Below are positions 21,649 to 31,822 of a stretch of 64,000 bases of DNA, in pieces; positions within the stretch are counted from its first letter, which is position 1; every line of letters begins with the position of its first letter. Made by a program: the position numbers and the translations under genes. The notes beneath the pieces were generated by a model, which saw only the letters and a list, made by a program, of their open reading frames with translations, was not told the origin of the DNA and searched no databases. Source of the DNA: an uncultured delta proteobacterium (GTDB taxonomy: Bacteria > Desulfobacterota > Desulfobacteria > Desulfobacterales > JAFDCJ01); contig CAVYNY010000018.1 of assembly GCA_963769935.1 (NCBI GenBank), positions 160,001-224,000 on the forward strand, written 5' to 3'.

Positions 21649-21949
21649 GATCAGAACAATAACAGACCATTGGCTTTCCGGTCAAATTTAAAGTGAAACA
21701 TCAAATTTAAAAGCGGAAAATATCCTTTTATTAACCACTATTCCATCTTTCCATTATTCCTTGATTGAGGCAATAATCGGGATCTCAAAAAATCTCATTT
21801 ATTTTATTTAAGTTGTAGATATTCCGAGATGTTTAATCCTGAAATTAATGGCATAAGAAGATCCTCCATGTATCTCTTTTTTATAAGACGTCTTGCACCC
21901 GTTGAAAATTGTCAATACCATATTGAGGTGTTGTGAATTAATTAGTATG

Positions 21950-21994
21950 TTGACAAAAGTTACGTATGTGTATTATTATTGCGCATGTAACGTA
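21950..21994 (+). promoter_or_regulatory. Putative sigma70 promoter and operator of vapBC
   Basis: TTGACA(21950)-18 nt-TATTAT; repeated gttacgtat/gtaacgtat boxes. Confidence 0.5.
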
Positions 21995-22029
21995 TAATTA
22001 CAGCCAACAATTATGGGAGATAAGTCGAA

Positions 22030-22302
22030 ATGTCAGTACGAGTTCAAGTCATTTTGAATGAAAAGGAAGCGACTCGATTTAAATCACAGGCGCTGAAAGA
22101 GTCGAAATCCCTCAGTGCATGGTTGCGTGATGCCGGCAATAAAATGATAGACCTAAACCAGCAGCAGCAACGGTTGACAGATCCGGATTCCCTGAAACGA
22201 TTCTTTAAAAAATGCAACCAGCAAGACAGCGGCATAGAGCCGGATTGGGAGGATCATAAGAGGCTTATATTGGACAGCTATCAGGCAGGTAATAAACCAT
22301 GA
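22030..22302 (+). CDS. Antitoxin, RHH/CopG-like VapB
   Basis: VRVQVIL strand plus SLSAWLRDA helix; overlaps the PIN gene by ATGA. Confidence 0.75.
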   Translation: MSVRVQVILNEKEATRFKSQALKESKSLSAWLRDAGNKMIDLNQQQQRLTDPDSLKRFFKKCNQQDSGIEPDWEDHKRLILDSYQAGNKP

Positions 22303-22685
22303 TCTTTGTAGATAGCAATGTATTTATCTATGCCGTCGGGCGACCCCACCCATTAAAAACAGAGGCACAAAACTTTTTTATTGATTCCGGCAAAAAGGGG
22401 AAAAGGCTCGTCACATCGGCCGAAGTTTTACAGGAATTGCTGCATGTCTATTTACCCGTCGAGCGCATGGCAACCCTTGATGCCGCCATGGCGCTTGCGA
22501 CACAAGGGGTTGATCAAATCATCCCGATCGATTCCGCCGCCGTTTTACACGCACGCAACCTCGTCGATAATTTTCCCGGATTAACCGCCAGGGATCTGTT
22601 GCATCTTTCAGTGTGTCAGCTTCATAATATCAAAAATTTGAAAACCTTCGACCGCAATTTGCTTGCCGCCTTTAAAAAGGGCTGA
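22299..22685 (+). CDS. vapC: VapC PIN-domain toxin
   Basis: IFVDSNVFIY, VLQE, ARDLLH and TFD. Confidence 0.9.
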   Translation: MIFVDSNVFIYAVGRPHPLKTEAQNFFIDSGKKGKRLVTSAEVLQELLHVYLPVERMATLDAAMALATQGVDQIIPIDSAAVLHARNLVDNFPGLTARDLLHLSVCQLHNIKNLKTFDRNLLAAFKKG

Positions 22686-22699
22686 ATCAGCGCTTCGCT

Positions 22700-22945
22700 T
22701 GTATCGAATTGAAGCAGCAAAATCCCGGCTTGACACGAACTTTTTCGGCTCTTTAAGAGTTTGCCGAGCTGTTTTGCCAGACATGCGCCGGCAACACGGT
22801 GGGTATATTATTAATATCAGCTCTAGCGGCGGATTGATTGGTCTGCCCTTCCAGAGCGCCTATTGCGCGAGTATATTCGCGCTGGAGGGTGCGATGGATG
22901 CCTTGCGCGGAGGTGCGACCCTTCGGCATCCACGTTGTGCTGGAA
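22700..22945 (+). pseudogene. SDR oxidoreductase internal fragment
   Basis: DTNFFG..IINISS..AYCASI (catalytic Lys lost); frameshift to EVRPFGIHV; no Rossmann N-terminus. Confidence 0.8.
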
Positions 22946-23198
22946 GATTTGGATCAAGAGCCACTTGAAATAATTGTTAATTCAGAAAAATAGTATGTTA
23001 ACTGAGAGTTGATAAGCATTTTTAATTACAAGATAATATCTTGACGACACTGTGACGATGTCGTACTTTCAATCAAAAAGATCGACCCGACCTGATGAAA
23101 AAAATGCCATATTAGGTTTTTCTGCTTTGAGCTTTCAGTCTGCCCAAGATGCGGCGGATCTTCGATGTTTAGTTTTGAGCTTCGCCCGGAGGGCGCCT

Positions 23199-26100
23199 AT
23201 GCAATGCCCCAAATGTCATTCCGACAACCCTGACGCTGCCAAATTTTGCATCGAATGCGCCAGGCCGCTTGAAACTAAATGTCCACAGTGCGGCGCGATG
23301 AACCCCGCCAAAGCGAAATTCTGCATGGAGTGCGCCCACAATTTAAAAGAGCCGGCGGAAAGTCCTCCCGCAATTCAGCCGGAATCATTAATCGAGGCTT
23401 CCGGCGCCGATACCGACCAACGCACGGATTCGCATCAATTTTTGGAAGGCGAACGCAAACATGTAACGGTTCTTTTTTCGGATCTGTCCGGCTACACCGC
23501 CATGTCGGAAATTCTGGACCCGGAAGAGGTCAAGGAAATTGTAAACCGCATTTTCGGCCAAATAAAATCCGTAATCGCCAAATACGAGGGATTCATTGAA
23601 AAGTTCGCCGGCGATGCCGTGATGGCAATTTTTGGTGTCCCCCGCGCCCATGAAGATGACCCTGTCAGGGCGATAAAAGCTGCCAGTGAAATCCACGATC
23701 TGGTAGACGAAATAAGCCCAGGCCTGGCCGCCAAAATCGGCCGGCCGCTGAACATGCACACCGGCATCAATACCGGCCTGGTAGTAACCGGTGAAATAGA
23801 CCCGGACAAGGGCACCCACAGTGTCTCAGGCGATACCCTCAACGTGGCCTCACGATTGAGTGATCTGGCAGAAGCGGGTCAAATTCTGGTGGGCCAAGCG
23901 ACCTATCGGGGCTGTGAGGGTTACTTCACGTTTGAAAGTCTAAATCCCACCATGGTCAAGGGCAAACAGGAGCCGGTTCCCATTTACAGATTGCTGAGCG
24001 CCAAAGAAGAGCCCATCACCACGCGGTGCGCATCGTGTTTAACAGCGGAGCTGGTCGGCCGCAATGCCGAACTGGCTCAGCTGCAGGAAGCGTTTGGCCG
24101 GCTTCAGCAAGGCAAGGCAACAATTCTGTCCATTGCCGGCGATGCCGGCACGGGCAAAAGCCGCCTGGTCGAGGAGTTCAGATCTTCGCTGGATCTCACT
24201 AAAATTCAATGGCTTCAGGGTCATGCCTATGGCTATTCCCAGACTATGCCTTATTTCCCTTTAATTGATCTGCTGAACCGGACACTACAAATTGAAGAAG
24301 GAGATCCGCCCGAAAGGGTCAGACACAAAATCGAATCCGGCATCGAGTTGCTGGCCGAAGATCGAAAAGACATTGCACCGTATATCGGACGGCTGTATGC
24401 GCTCGATTACCCGGAACTGGCGCAGATCACTCCTGAAAACTGGAAATCCCACCTTCAAAAGGCTGTCCGCACGGTGTTGTCGAATCTGACCCGCACCAAA
24501 GCGACAATTGTCTGCCTGGAGGATCTGCAGTGGTCGGATCCCTCTACGCTGGAGCTGCTGCGCTTTCTCCTATCCGACATCAGCGACCCGGCCATGTTTT
24601 TGTGTACCTACCGACTCCCCTTCAGTATTTTCACCAGTCATCAGCTAAGCGGTCTGGGCAAATCCTATCAGGAAATTCAGCTGAAGGATTTATCCGCTTC
24701 CGAAGCCCAGGTCATGGTGCAATCCCTGCTGCAGACGGAAAACATTCCTGCCGCCCTGCAAAAGTTCATTCAAGATAAGCTGGAAGGCAATCCCTTTTAT
24801 ATGGAAGAAGTCATCAATGCCTTGATTGAGTCGGAGTCTCTCGTCCGTGAAAACGGCGGCTGGAAGCTGACCCGTCCGGTGGCTGAACTGGAAGTGTCAT
24901 CAACCGTTTACGGGGTTATATCCGCCCGGCTCGACCGGCTGGAAAAGGAAGCCAAACGGATTCTCCAGGAAGCCTCGGTTATCGGAAGAACCTTCTTGTA
25001 TGAAATTTTAAAAAGCGTTTCAGAACTAAAGGACAGCCTCGACCGGTGCCTGAGCAGTCTCGAACGGCTTGATTTGATCAGAGCCAGAGCCCTTCATCCC
25101 GACCTGGAGTATTTTTTCAAGCATGCCATGACCCAGGAGGTGGTCTACAACGGTTTGCTTAAAAAGGAGCGCCGCGACATCCACGAACGTGTCGGACTTG
25201 TCATGGAACAGGTTTTTCACGAAAGACTTCCGGAGCTTTATGAAACCCTGGCTTTCCATTTCAAACAGGGCCACTCGGTCCCCAAGGCCATCACATACCT
25301 GGTGAAATCAGGTGAAAAAAGCCTGGAACGATATTCTGTTGAGGAAGCCCATCAATTCTATCAGCAGGCTTTTGAAATTCTGGCTGCGAAAACCGAGAAG
25401 TCAAAAGAAGAAGAAGCCATCCTGATCGACCTGCTAAACAGCTGGGGGTACGTCTACTATTATCTGGGAGATTTCAAAGAATTCACGACGCTGTTCGCTG
25501 CCAACCGGGATCTGGCGGAATCGCTGGGCGATGACGAAAGGCTCGGCATGTTCTACGTATGGCTTGGTATCGCCGATTCAATGTCCGGCCGGGCCAAAGA
25601 CGGCTATGAATACCTGATTAAAGCAAAAAATCTCGGCGAAAAATGCAGCAACTTAAAAATAGAGGGCTATGCCTGTACCTGGCTCGCATGGAACTGCGCC
25701 GATTTGGGGCTCTATGACGAGGGACTCCGCCACGGGGAAAGGGCCCAGCTGATCGCCAAGGATTTTCCGGCCGATCAATATCTTTTCTTCAAGTCCCTGG
25801 CAGGGCTGGCATTTGTCTACAGCTTTATGGGCCTACCCCGGAAAGCAGTTGAATGCGGCAAAATCCTGCTGGAACATGGCCGAAAATATTCCAACAGCCG
25901 CAGTAATGTGATGGGGCACTATGCCATGTCCATGGGGTATGCCATGGCCGGAGATTTTGAGGCCTGCATAAAAAGCAGCCGCCAGGCGATTGCGGTTTCC
26001 AAAGATCCTTTCTACTCCAAGTTTCCTGCCATTGCGATGAATTTAGCCTATGCCTTAGACGGACAAAATGAAAAAGTTTTGGAGACCCAGCAGGAATTGG

Positions 26101-26606
26101 TCGAATTTTGCGAAAAGTACGAGATTGGAGAGCTTCTGATATATGAAAATATTATCCGCGGTGCCGCACTGGTGGCAAGCGGCCGGATGGATCAGGGGTT
26201 GAAGATAATCGAGGAGAGCCGCCAAACCTCCAGCAAAAACGGGAGAAGAACGCCGCTGGCTATATCCGAGTATGTGCTTGGCATGATTTATTCTCAGATC
26301 GCGACCGGCCCCAGGCCGAAACTATCCATCATGGCCAAAAATGTCGGCTTTTTAATGAAGAACGTACCTTCCGCGAGCAGAAAAGCGGAAGCGCATTATC
26401 AAAAAGCCATCGAATTGAGTGAAGAAATCGGTGCGAATGGGTATAGGGGTATATCATACCTCGGGCTCGGGCAATTTTACCAGGCCAGGAAGAAAACCGA
26501 TAAAGCGCGACAATATATCGGCAGGGCTATCGAGATACTTGAGGAATGTAAAGCAGAACAGTTTTTGCAGCAGGCCAAGCAAGCGCTGATGTCGCTGAAT
26601 GAATGA
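23199..26606 (+). CDS. Double zinc-ribbon + class III adenylate/guanylate cyclase + STAND AAA ATPase + TPR protein
   Basis: MQCPKC..FCIEC..CPQC..FCMEC; VLFSDLSGYT, FAGDAVMA, GDTLNVASRL; GDAGTGKSRL, LEDLQW, GNPFY; helical C-terminus. Confidence 0.92.
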   Translation: MQCPKCHSDNPDAAKFCIECARPLETKCPQCGAMNPAKAKFCMECAHNLKEPAESPPAIQPESLIEASGADTDQRTDSHQFLEGERKHVTVLFSDLSGYTAMSEILDPEEVKEIVNRIFGQIKSVIAKYEGFIEKFAGDAVMAIFGVPRAHEDDPVRAIKAASEIHDLVDEISPGLAAKIGRPLNMHTGINTGLVVTGEIDPDKGTHSVSGDTLNVASRLSDLAEAGQILVGQATYRGCEGYFTFESLNPTMVKGKQEPVPIYRLLSAKEEPITTRCASCLTAELVGRNAELAQLQEAFGRLQQGKATILSIAGDAGTGKSRLVEEFRSSLDLTKIQWLQGHAYGYSQTMPYFPLIDLLNRTLQIEEGDPPERVRHKIESGIELLAEDRKDIAPYIGRLYALDYPELAQITPENWKSHLQKAVRTVLSNLTRTKATIVCLEDLQWSDPSTLELLRFLLSDISDPAMFLCTYRLPFSIFTSHQLSGLGKSYQEIQLKDLSASEAQVMVQSLLQTENIPAALQKFIQDKLEGNPFYMEEVINALIESESLVRENGGWKLTRPVAELEVSSTVYGVISARLDRLEKEAKRILQEASVIGRTFLYEILKSVSELKDSLDRCLSSLERLDLIRARALHPDLEYFFKHAMTQEVVYNGLLKKERRDIHERVGLVMEQVFHERLPELYETLAFHFKQGHSVPKAITYLVKSGEKSLERYSVEEAHQFYQQAFEILAAKTEKSKEEEAILIDLLNSWGYVYYYLGDFKEFTTLFAANRDLAESLGDDERLGMFYVWLGIADSMSGRAKDGYEYLIKAKNLGEKCSNLKIEGYACTWLAWNCADLGLYDEGLRHGERAQLIAKDFPADQYLFFKSLAGLAFVYSFMGLPRKAVECGKILLEHGRKYSNSRSNVMGHYAMSMGYAMAGDFEACIKSSRQAIAVSKDPFYSKFPAIAMNLAYALDGQNEKVLETQQELVEFCEKYEIGELLIYENIIRGAALVASGRMDQGLKIIEESRQTSSKNGRRTPLAISEYVLGMIYSQIATGPRPKLSIMAKNVGFLMKNVPSASRKAEAHYQKAIELSEEIGANGYRGISYLGLGQFYQARKKTDKARQYIGRAIEILEECKAEQFLQQAKQALMSLNE

Positions 26607-26696
26607 TATCCTCATATTCTTTGAGCTTTCAGCTATCAGTCCGCCAAAAAGACGGCGGATCTGTGACTTTGAGCTCTGCCCTCCGGAGGGCAGCCA

Positions 26697-27676
26697 ATGA
26701 AATGCCGTAAATGCCAGTTGGAAAATTGAGCGTGCAAACACGCTTTGAGGCCGCAGAAGAAATGGGCTTCACCGCTTTTGCCGGGAGAAAGGCTGAATTA
26801 GCCACTTTGCATTCCTGCCTGGAAAAGACAGTGGCGGGCAAGGGCCAATTCGTCACTATCATGGGCGAGGCAGGGTTAGGTAAAGGTCGGCTTGTCTATG
26901 AATTCCGCCACGGTCTGAATAGATCAAAGATCACGTTTCTGCAAGGCCGCTGCCAGTCCTACGGAACAAGCACACCCTATTTTCCCCATATTAATGCTTT
27001 AAGGCGCAGGCTCAATTTGCGTGACGGAGACACAGCCATCGAATTGCATGAAAAGGCGGTTTCTAATGTCCTGGCAATTGATTCGTCACTTGAAAAATAC
27101 ATGCCTGTCTACCTGCACTTGCTGTCGATCCCGAGCCAAGTTTACCCCTTGCCGCAACACCTGCACGGCCGGGAGCTTACCAATGCGATCCTGGAAGCCC
27201 TGTCTGCGCTCTTTATTCTCAACTCCCAAAAGCGGCCGATGGTGTTGGCTTTTGAAGACTGGCATTGGGTTGACGAGGCCTCAGACTCGGCCTTAAAGCA
27301 GATCATCAGTCTAAACGGGAAGCTTGGAAAAGCAATCGAAGCCGCTGAGAAAGCCCTGGGAATTTTCCGCCAAACAGAAGAGCGTTACTTTGGCGCCTGG
27401 GCCCTCTTTGCTATGGCAAAGATTCAGTCCGATAAGCACTCCGGGCAGCCGGAACAGCTAATGCAGAGGTATCTCCAGGCCAAAGATCTGGCGGGTAAAC
27501 TAAAAATGCGCCCGTTGCTGGCACACTGCCGCCTGGAACGCGGGCAATTCTACACCAGAACGGGAGAAAATGAAAAAGCACGCTCTGAACTTTTAAAAGC
27601 CATCGAGTTATACCGTTTTTTAGGTATGAGATTCTGGCAGCCAAAGGCCGAAGCAAAACTTAACGAAGTATCATGA
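26697..27676 (+). pseudogene. Internally deleted paralog of the STAND cyclase
   Basis: MKCRKCQLEN* followed by an out-of-frame AAA fragment (GEAGLGKGRL, FEDWHW) joined directly to the terminal TPRs. Confidence 0.75.
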
Positions 27677-27719
27677 TTAATCCGCCCTGAAAAATGCCGC
27701 ATTCAGAGTTGTAAATTGT
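27674..27719 (+). repeat. Half copy of the ~97-bp MITE-like element
   Basis: tgattaatccgccctgaaaaatgccgcattcagagttgtaaattgt is colinear with the first half of the other copies. Confidence 0.7.
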
Positions 27720-27799
27720 ACTTCGAAGATCGAGTCAAAAATATCTTCCTGAAGACCTCATCCATTATTAATTATTTTCAAAACCTTGCGAGCATACTG

Positions 27800-29797
27800 A
27801 TGATATTGCCGTCCTTTATATCCAAAATCCCAATGAAAATTTCATTGCCGCTGCTCTTCACGGCGCCGGTCATTTGCGTGGTGATTTTCCTATCGGCCAT
27901 TACCTATGTGGAAGAAAAAAATGCCGCCAATGATTTAATGGCCCAAAACCTGGTTCAGATTCATAATCACATCGAAAAACGGATTGACGATTTATTGAAT
28001 TTGCCCAACCGCATTCAACTGATAAACGCCAACTTGATCAAAGACGGCTGGCTCGATTTAAAAAATCTGCGTTCCTGGAAACCGCTGCTGCTGGAAGAGG
28101 CACAGGCTTTCAAAGGCCTCAGCAGTCTTACGTGGGGAGGATCCGACGGCAGCAGCGTTGGCATCGCACGCTACCCGGAGCAATCCGGCTATGAATTTAA
28201 CATAAAGGATGATAAAACCGGCCAAAACCTTGAGGAATATTATTTTGATGTATACGGTCGCGGGGAGGTAACGCCCCGCGGTAGATACCTGGAGGATCCC
28301 CGCAATCAGCCCTGGTATAACGCGGCGATCAGAGCAGGCAAACCGGTTTGGACCGATCCATACGTGAGGTCGTACAAATACAACTCAAACACGACCCTGG
28401 CCATGGGATATGTCCAACCGATTTATGACCGCGACAAAATGATCATCGGCGTTATGAATGCCGAATTGACCTTGAATGACATATCGCTTTTCCTCGAAAA
28501 ACTCAGCATCGGCCGCACCGGAAAAGCGTTCCTGGTCAACCGCAGCGGCCGCCTGATTGCCACCTCCAGCGGTGTCCCGGTGACCGGTAAGATGAACTTT
28601 CCGGCCATCGCATCTGAATCTGCCGACAGGCAAATAGCAGCTGCAGCAAAGTATCTTGAGAAATCATTCGGGTCTTATCGGGCCATCGATGCGAGATATC
28701 AAGTCCCCCTGAAGCTTACCGGCAAACCTTATCTGCTGATGATCTCACCGTCCGAACATGAGACCGGATTAACCTGGATCATCGCGACATTGGTGCCTGA
28801 AAGCGATTTTTTGGCGGACATTAAATCCATACGCAGTCGTGGCATCAAAATAGGGATCATCGCCGTATTGATCACCCTGTTGTTCGGCGTGATATTGGGC
28901 GCCATCTCGCTGTGGCCGATGCTGGATTTGGTCCGCTATGTTCACCGGGTTGGAAAAGGCGACCTCAGCCACGAATTGAAACTCGAATATTCCACCGAGT
29001 TTGTCAAGCTTTCCAGGGAAATCAACGCTATGACCTCCGGGCTGAGAGACCGCCTGCGGCTGCGCAATTCCCTGGCTCTGGCCCAGGAAGTGCAGCAGAA
29101 TTTATTGCCGTCTGATACACCAAACGTGGAAGGTTTGGATATTGCCGGCCATGCCACCTATTGCGATGAAACCGGCGGCGATTATTATGATTTCCTTGAT
29201 ATCAGCGGCCTGCCCGGCACAACTGCAGCGATCGTGGTAGGTGATGTGGTGGGGCACGGCGTGGCGGCGGCCATGCTTATGGCAACCGCCCGCGGCATTT
29301 TGCGCAGTCGATGCCGCACGCCGGGAACCCTGGCCGATTTGCTCGCCCATCTCAACGACCAGTTGGTGGAGGATACCGGCGGTGAGCGGTTCATGACCAT
29401 GATGCTGATGGCAATTGATGCCAAACGCAGGGAGATGCGTTGGGCAACCGCCGGTCATGACGCGCCCATTATCTATGATCCGGCTGCCGACAGTTTTATA
29501 GAGCTCGCCGGCAATGGCATCTCCCTGGGTCTTAAGAAAGGCGTCGATTACAAAGAAAACCGTTTTAGCGATGTTCGACCGGGCCAGGTATACATGGCCT
29601 TGACCGACGGATTGTTTGAATCTTTCAACAAAAAGGGCAAAATGTTTGGCAAAAAACGTATTCGCAAATTAATCCGCAATTTTGCCAAACTGCCTGCTAA
29701 GGAAATCGCCGAACAAATTAATATCGAATTGGCAAGATTTCTGGGTGATGCGAGTCCGGACGACGATCTGACTTTCGTTATTGCTAAAGTGCTTTGA
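27800..29797 (+). CDS. Membrane sensor PP2C/SpoIIE (RsbU-like) phosphatase with Cache and HAMP domains
   Basis: Two TMs, DPRNQPWY (Cache), HAMP, GGDYYD, GDVVGHG, AGH, TDG and DDLT. Confidence 0.9.
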   Translation: MILPSFISKIPMKISLPLLFTAPVICVVIFLSAITYVEEKNAANDLMAQNLVQIHNHIEKRIDDLLNLPNRIQLINANLIKDGWLDLKNLRSWKPLLLEEAQAFKGLSSLTWGGSDGSSVGIARYPEQSGYEFNIKDDKTGQNLEEYYFDVYGRGEVTPRGRYLEDPRNQPWYNAAIRAGKPVWTDPYVRSYKYNSNTTLAMGYVQPIYDRDKMIIGVMNAELTLNDISLFLEKLSIGRTGKAFLVNRSGRLIATSSGVPVTGKMNFPAIASESADRQIAAAAKYLEKSFGSYRAIDARYQVPLKLTGKPYLLMISPSEHETGLTWIIATLVPESDFLADIKSIRSRGIKIGIIAVLITLLFGVILGAISLWPMLDLVRYVHRVGKGDLSHELKLEYSTEFVKLSREINAMTSGLRDRLRLRNSLALAQEVQQNLLPSDTPNVEGLDIAGHATYCDETGGDYYDFLDISGLPGTTAAIVVGDVVGHGVAAAMLMATARGILRSRCRTPGTLADLLAHLNDQLVEDTGGERFMTMMLMAIDAKRREMRWATAGHDAPIIYDPAADSFIELAGNGISLGLKKGVDYKENRFSDVRPGQVYMALTDGLFESFNKKGKMFGKKRIRKLIRNFAKLPAKEIAEQINIELARFLGDASPDDDLTFVIAKVL

Positions 29798-30022
29798 TCC
29801 AAGATCGTCTTCGAATAAGAATCTGGACAAACCGCATGCGAAAAAAAATGCCCACGGCATAGGTTGACGGCAAAGCCAATCTCCTCTGACCTGGCCCAAA
29901 GGACCAGGTTTTCAATGTTAAAATAAATCCTCATATTGATTTAGGGTGTCAAATTTCATATATTTTTACCTATTCAATTGCTTCAGTCGCAGTGACCCGG
30001 TCGACCAAGAGGGAATTTAACC

Positions 30023-30665
30023 ATGAAAGACATTCGGCAATATACTTTAATTCCACTCGCCCTTTTTATTTCCGCAGCTGCCGGTGCAGCCTTATTTTTC
30101 AGCTACAATGCCTATAGATCGTCCAAGGAGGTTGAGAAAAATTACAGGCAGTCACTCGGGCAGTTGGCTCAAGAAATTGCCGCACTCAAAGCGCAGCTGG
30201 CGACTATACAGGTGCAGGCAGAAGTTGATTCAACTCAAATAGTGTTCAAAACAGCAAATGCTGCTGCTTTAAAAAATAAAGGGAATCCTCTCGTTTCGCA
30301 GCGCGAAGCCGTCAAGCGGTTGGAAAAAATTGTCGAATCGACCGGACTGGAACAGCCTGATTTCAGGTTTTAGAAGAGACACTTCCGAGGTAGAAAAATA
30401 CTATGATATGCTGCGCCAAAATGAAAATTTTTCAAATGTGGTTACGGACCGCGGCGTTGAAGCGGTGCCGAACATCGAGTATTATCTTGCCCGCCAATAC
30501 CTTCGGCAGGGAAGCATCGACAGCGCCCTGCCTCTGATAGAATCCCTGGAGAAGAACTACTCCGACAGTCGATTGTTTACCGGAAGGTTTGGCAGCCGGC
30601 AACGCTGGCAGCCGGTTTCGCAAGTTATTCCGAGTTTGCGCCAGCAAGCGGAGTCAATGCGATAA
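30023..30665 (+). pseudogene. Hypothetical membrane-anchored protein split into two overlapping frames
   Basis: RBS gaggga, TM and coiled coil (30023-30373); TPR-like fragment 30330-30665 has no start of its own. Confidence 0.45.
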
Positions 30666-30849
30666 AGCTGCATTTAGTGTTGCGCCTCGGGAAAACATTA
30701 AAAAAAGACATAGAGGATACCTGACTATCGTCTTTGAATAGAAAAAAATCCTTCACCTTGCACCGAATGCCCTGCACCGAATGCCATCTCAAAATTAATA
30801 AATCCATTGTTGCTGGATGGGATCTTTTTAGGTCTACTTAATTATGACA

Positions 30850-31776
30850 TTATCTGTAATTCAGATCGTGCAGTACCTTTAAGTTTCTTCCCAGCACCGG
30901 TAAATATTCGATAATATCTAGATTCTCCAATTTGTTGACAGCATCCTGCGTTTTCTTTTCCTGGGAGCGGCCCTGCAAAATAAAATCGGTTTCCGCCTCG
31001 GAAAATACCGGTCCCTCCTTCACCGATTGCGGTATATCCTTGTTCACGGGGCAAGCTTTCTGGCAGTACAAACAGCCGACCAGGCAGTTGTGCCAGGAAG
31101 GTTTTATCCATTGGGGGAATTCGCCCCGGCGTTCATTGTGGAAAGTTAGGCAGCGTTCCCCATGGAGCAAAAACCGGTCGGCGGTGATGGCACCCGTAGG
31201 GCAGGCTTTCATACAGGCCTTGCAATTTTCACAGTGTTCAAGCACCTGCGGTTCCTGCCAATAGTCTTCAGTGGCGGGAAGATCGGAAATAAAGGCTGCC
31301 AGCCGATGATAACTTCCCAGGCCGTCAACATAGGTTATGTTGTTTTTGCCGTAATGCGCCAAACCGCTGCGCACCGCCAGCAGCTTCCAGGGCAGTTTTG
31401 CTTTTTTCACCTGAAATCCGGACGGTAATAAATGATGTTCAAGCAATCCTTGTATTTGTCGATCGGTCTCATAACTGTATATCGGGGGGATGATAGCGCG
31501 AAAGGATTCGCCCCGCCGGTTGAATGTAACCCGCACCTGAGGTTGGGGGGCAGCGACAATGATCAGCGATTTTGTACCGGATAGGCTGTCTGAAATCTTA
31601 AAATCAAAGCCGGTTAACTCTTCCGTATAAAACTCCTCATCAAATAAGCCCTGACGATACCGGCCTTCAATTTCTGTCTGAAGATCATGAATGTGCCCAC
31701 TGGATATAATTTTAACCTGACAGCCCCGGCTTGCCAGTTCCTCCTTGATCGAAAAAATGATTTTTCCCGGTCGCAT
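30850..31776 (-). CDS. QueG-like 2x[4Fe-4S] protein (epoxyqueuosine reductase family)
   Basis: AVRSGLAHYGKNN, CENCKACMKACPTGAI and GCLYCQKACP. Confidence 0.78.
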   Translation of the reverse strand: MRPGKIIFSIKEELASRGCQVKIISSGHIHDLQTEIEGRYRQGLFDEEFYTEELTGFDFKISDSLSGTKSLIIVAAPQPQVRVTFNRRGESFRAIIPPIYSYETDRQIQGLLEHHLLPSGFQVKKAKLPWKLLAVRSGLAHYGKNNITYVDGLGSYHRLAAFISDLPATEDYWQEPQVLEHCENCKACMKACPTGAITADRFLLHGERCLTFHNERRGEFPQWIKPSWHNCLVGCLYCQKACPVNKDIPQSVKEGPVFSEAETDFILQGRSQEKKTQDAVNKLENLDIIEYLPVLGRNLKVLHDLNYR

Positions 31777-31822
31777 AAAAATTTCTCCTTTTAATCTTTA
31801 GACATTTTCGAGTTCCAAAGAT

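Noticed and set aside
26727..26729. Selenocysteine readthrough of the TGA after MKCRKCQLEN
   Set aside because: Downstream homology is in a different frame, so a deletion junction explains it.
30850..31776. Reductive dehalogenase
   Set aside because: No Tat signal and no rdhB anchor gene; size and motifs fit QueG-like proteins.
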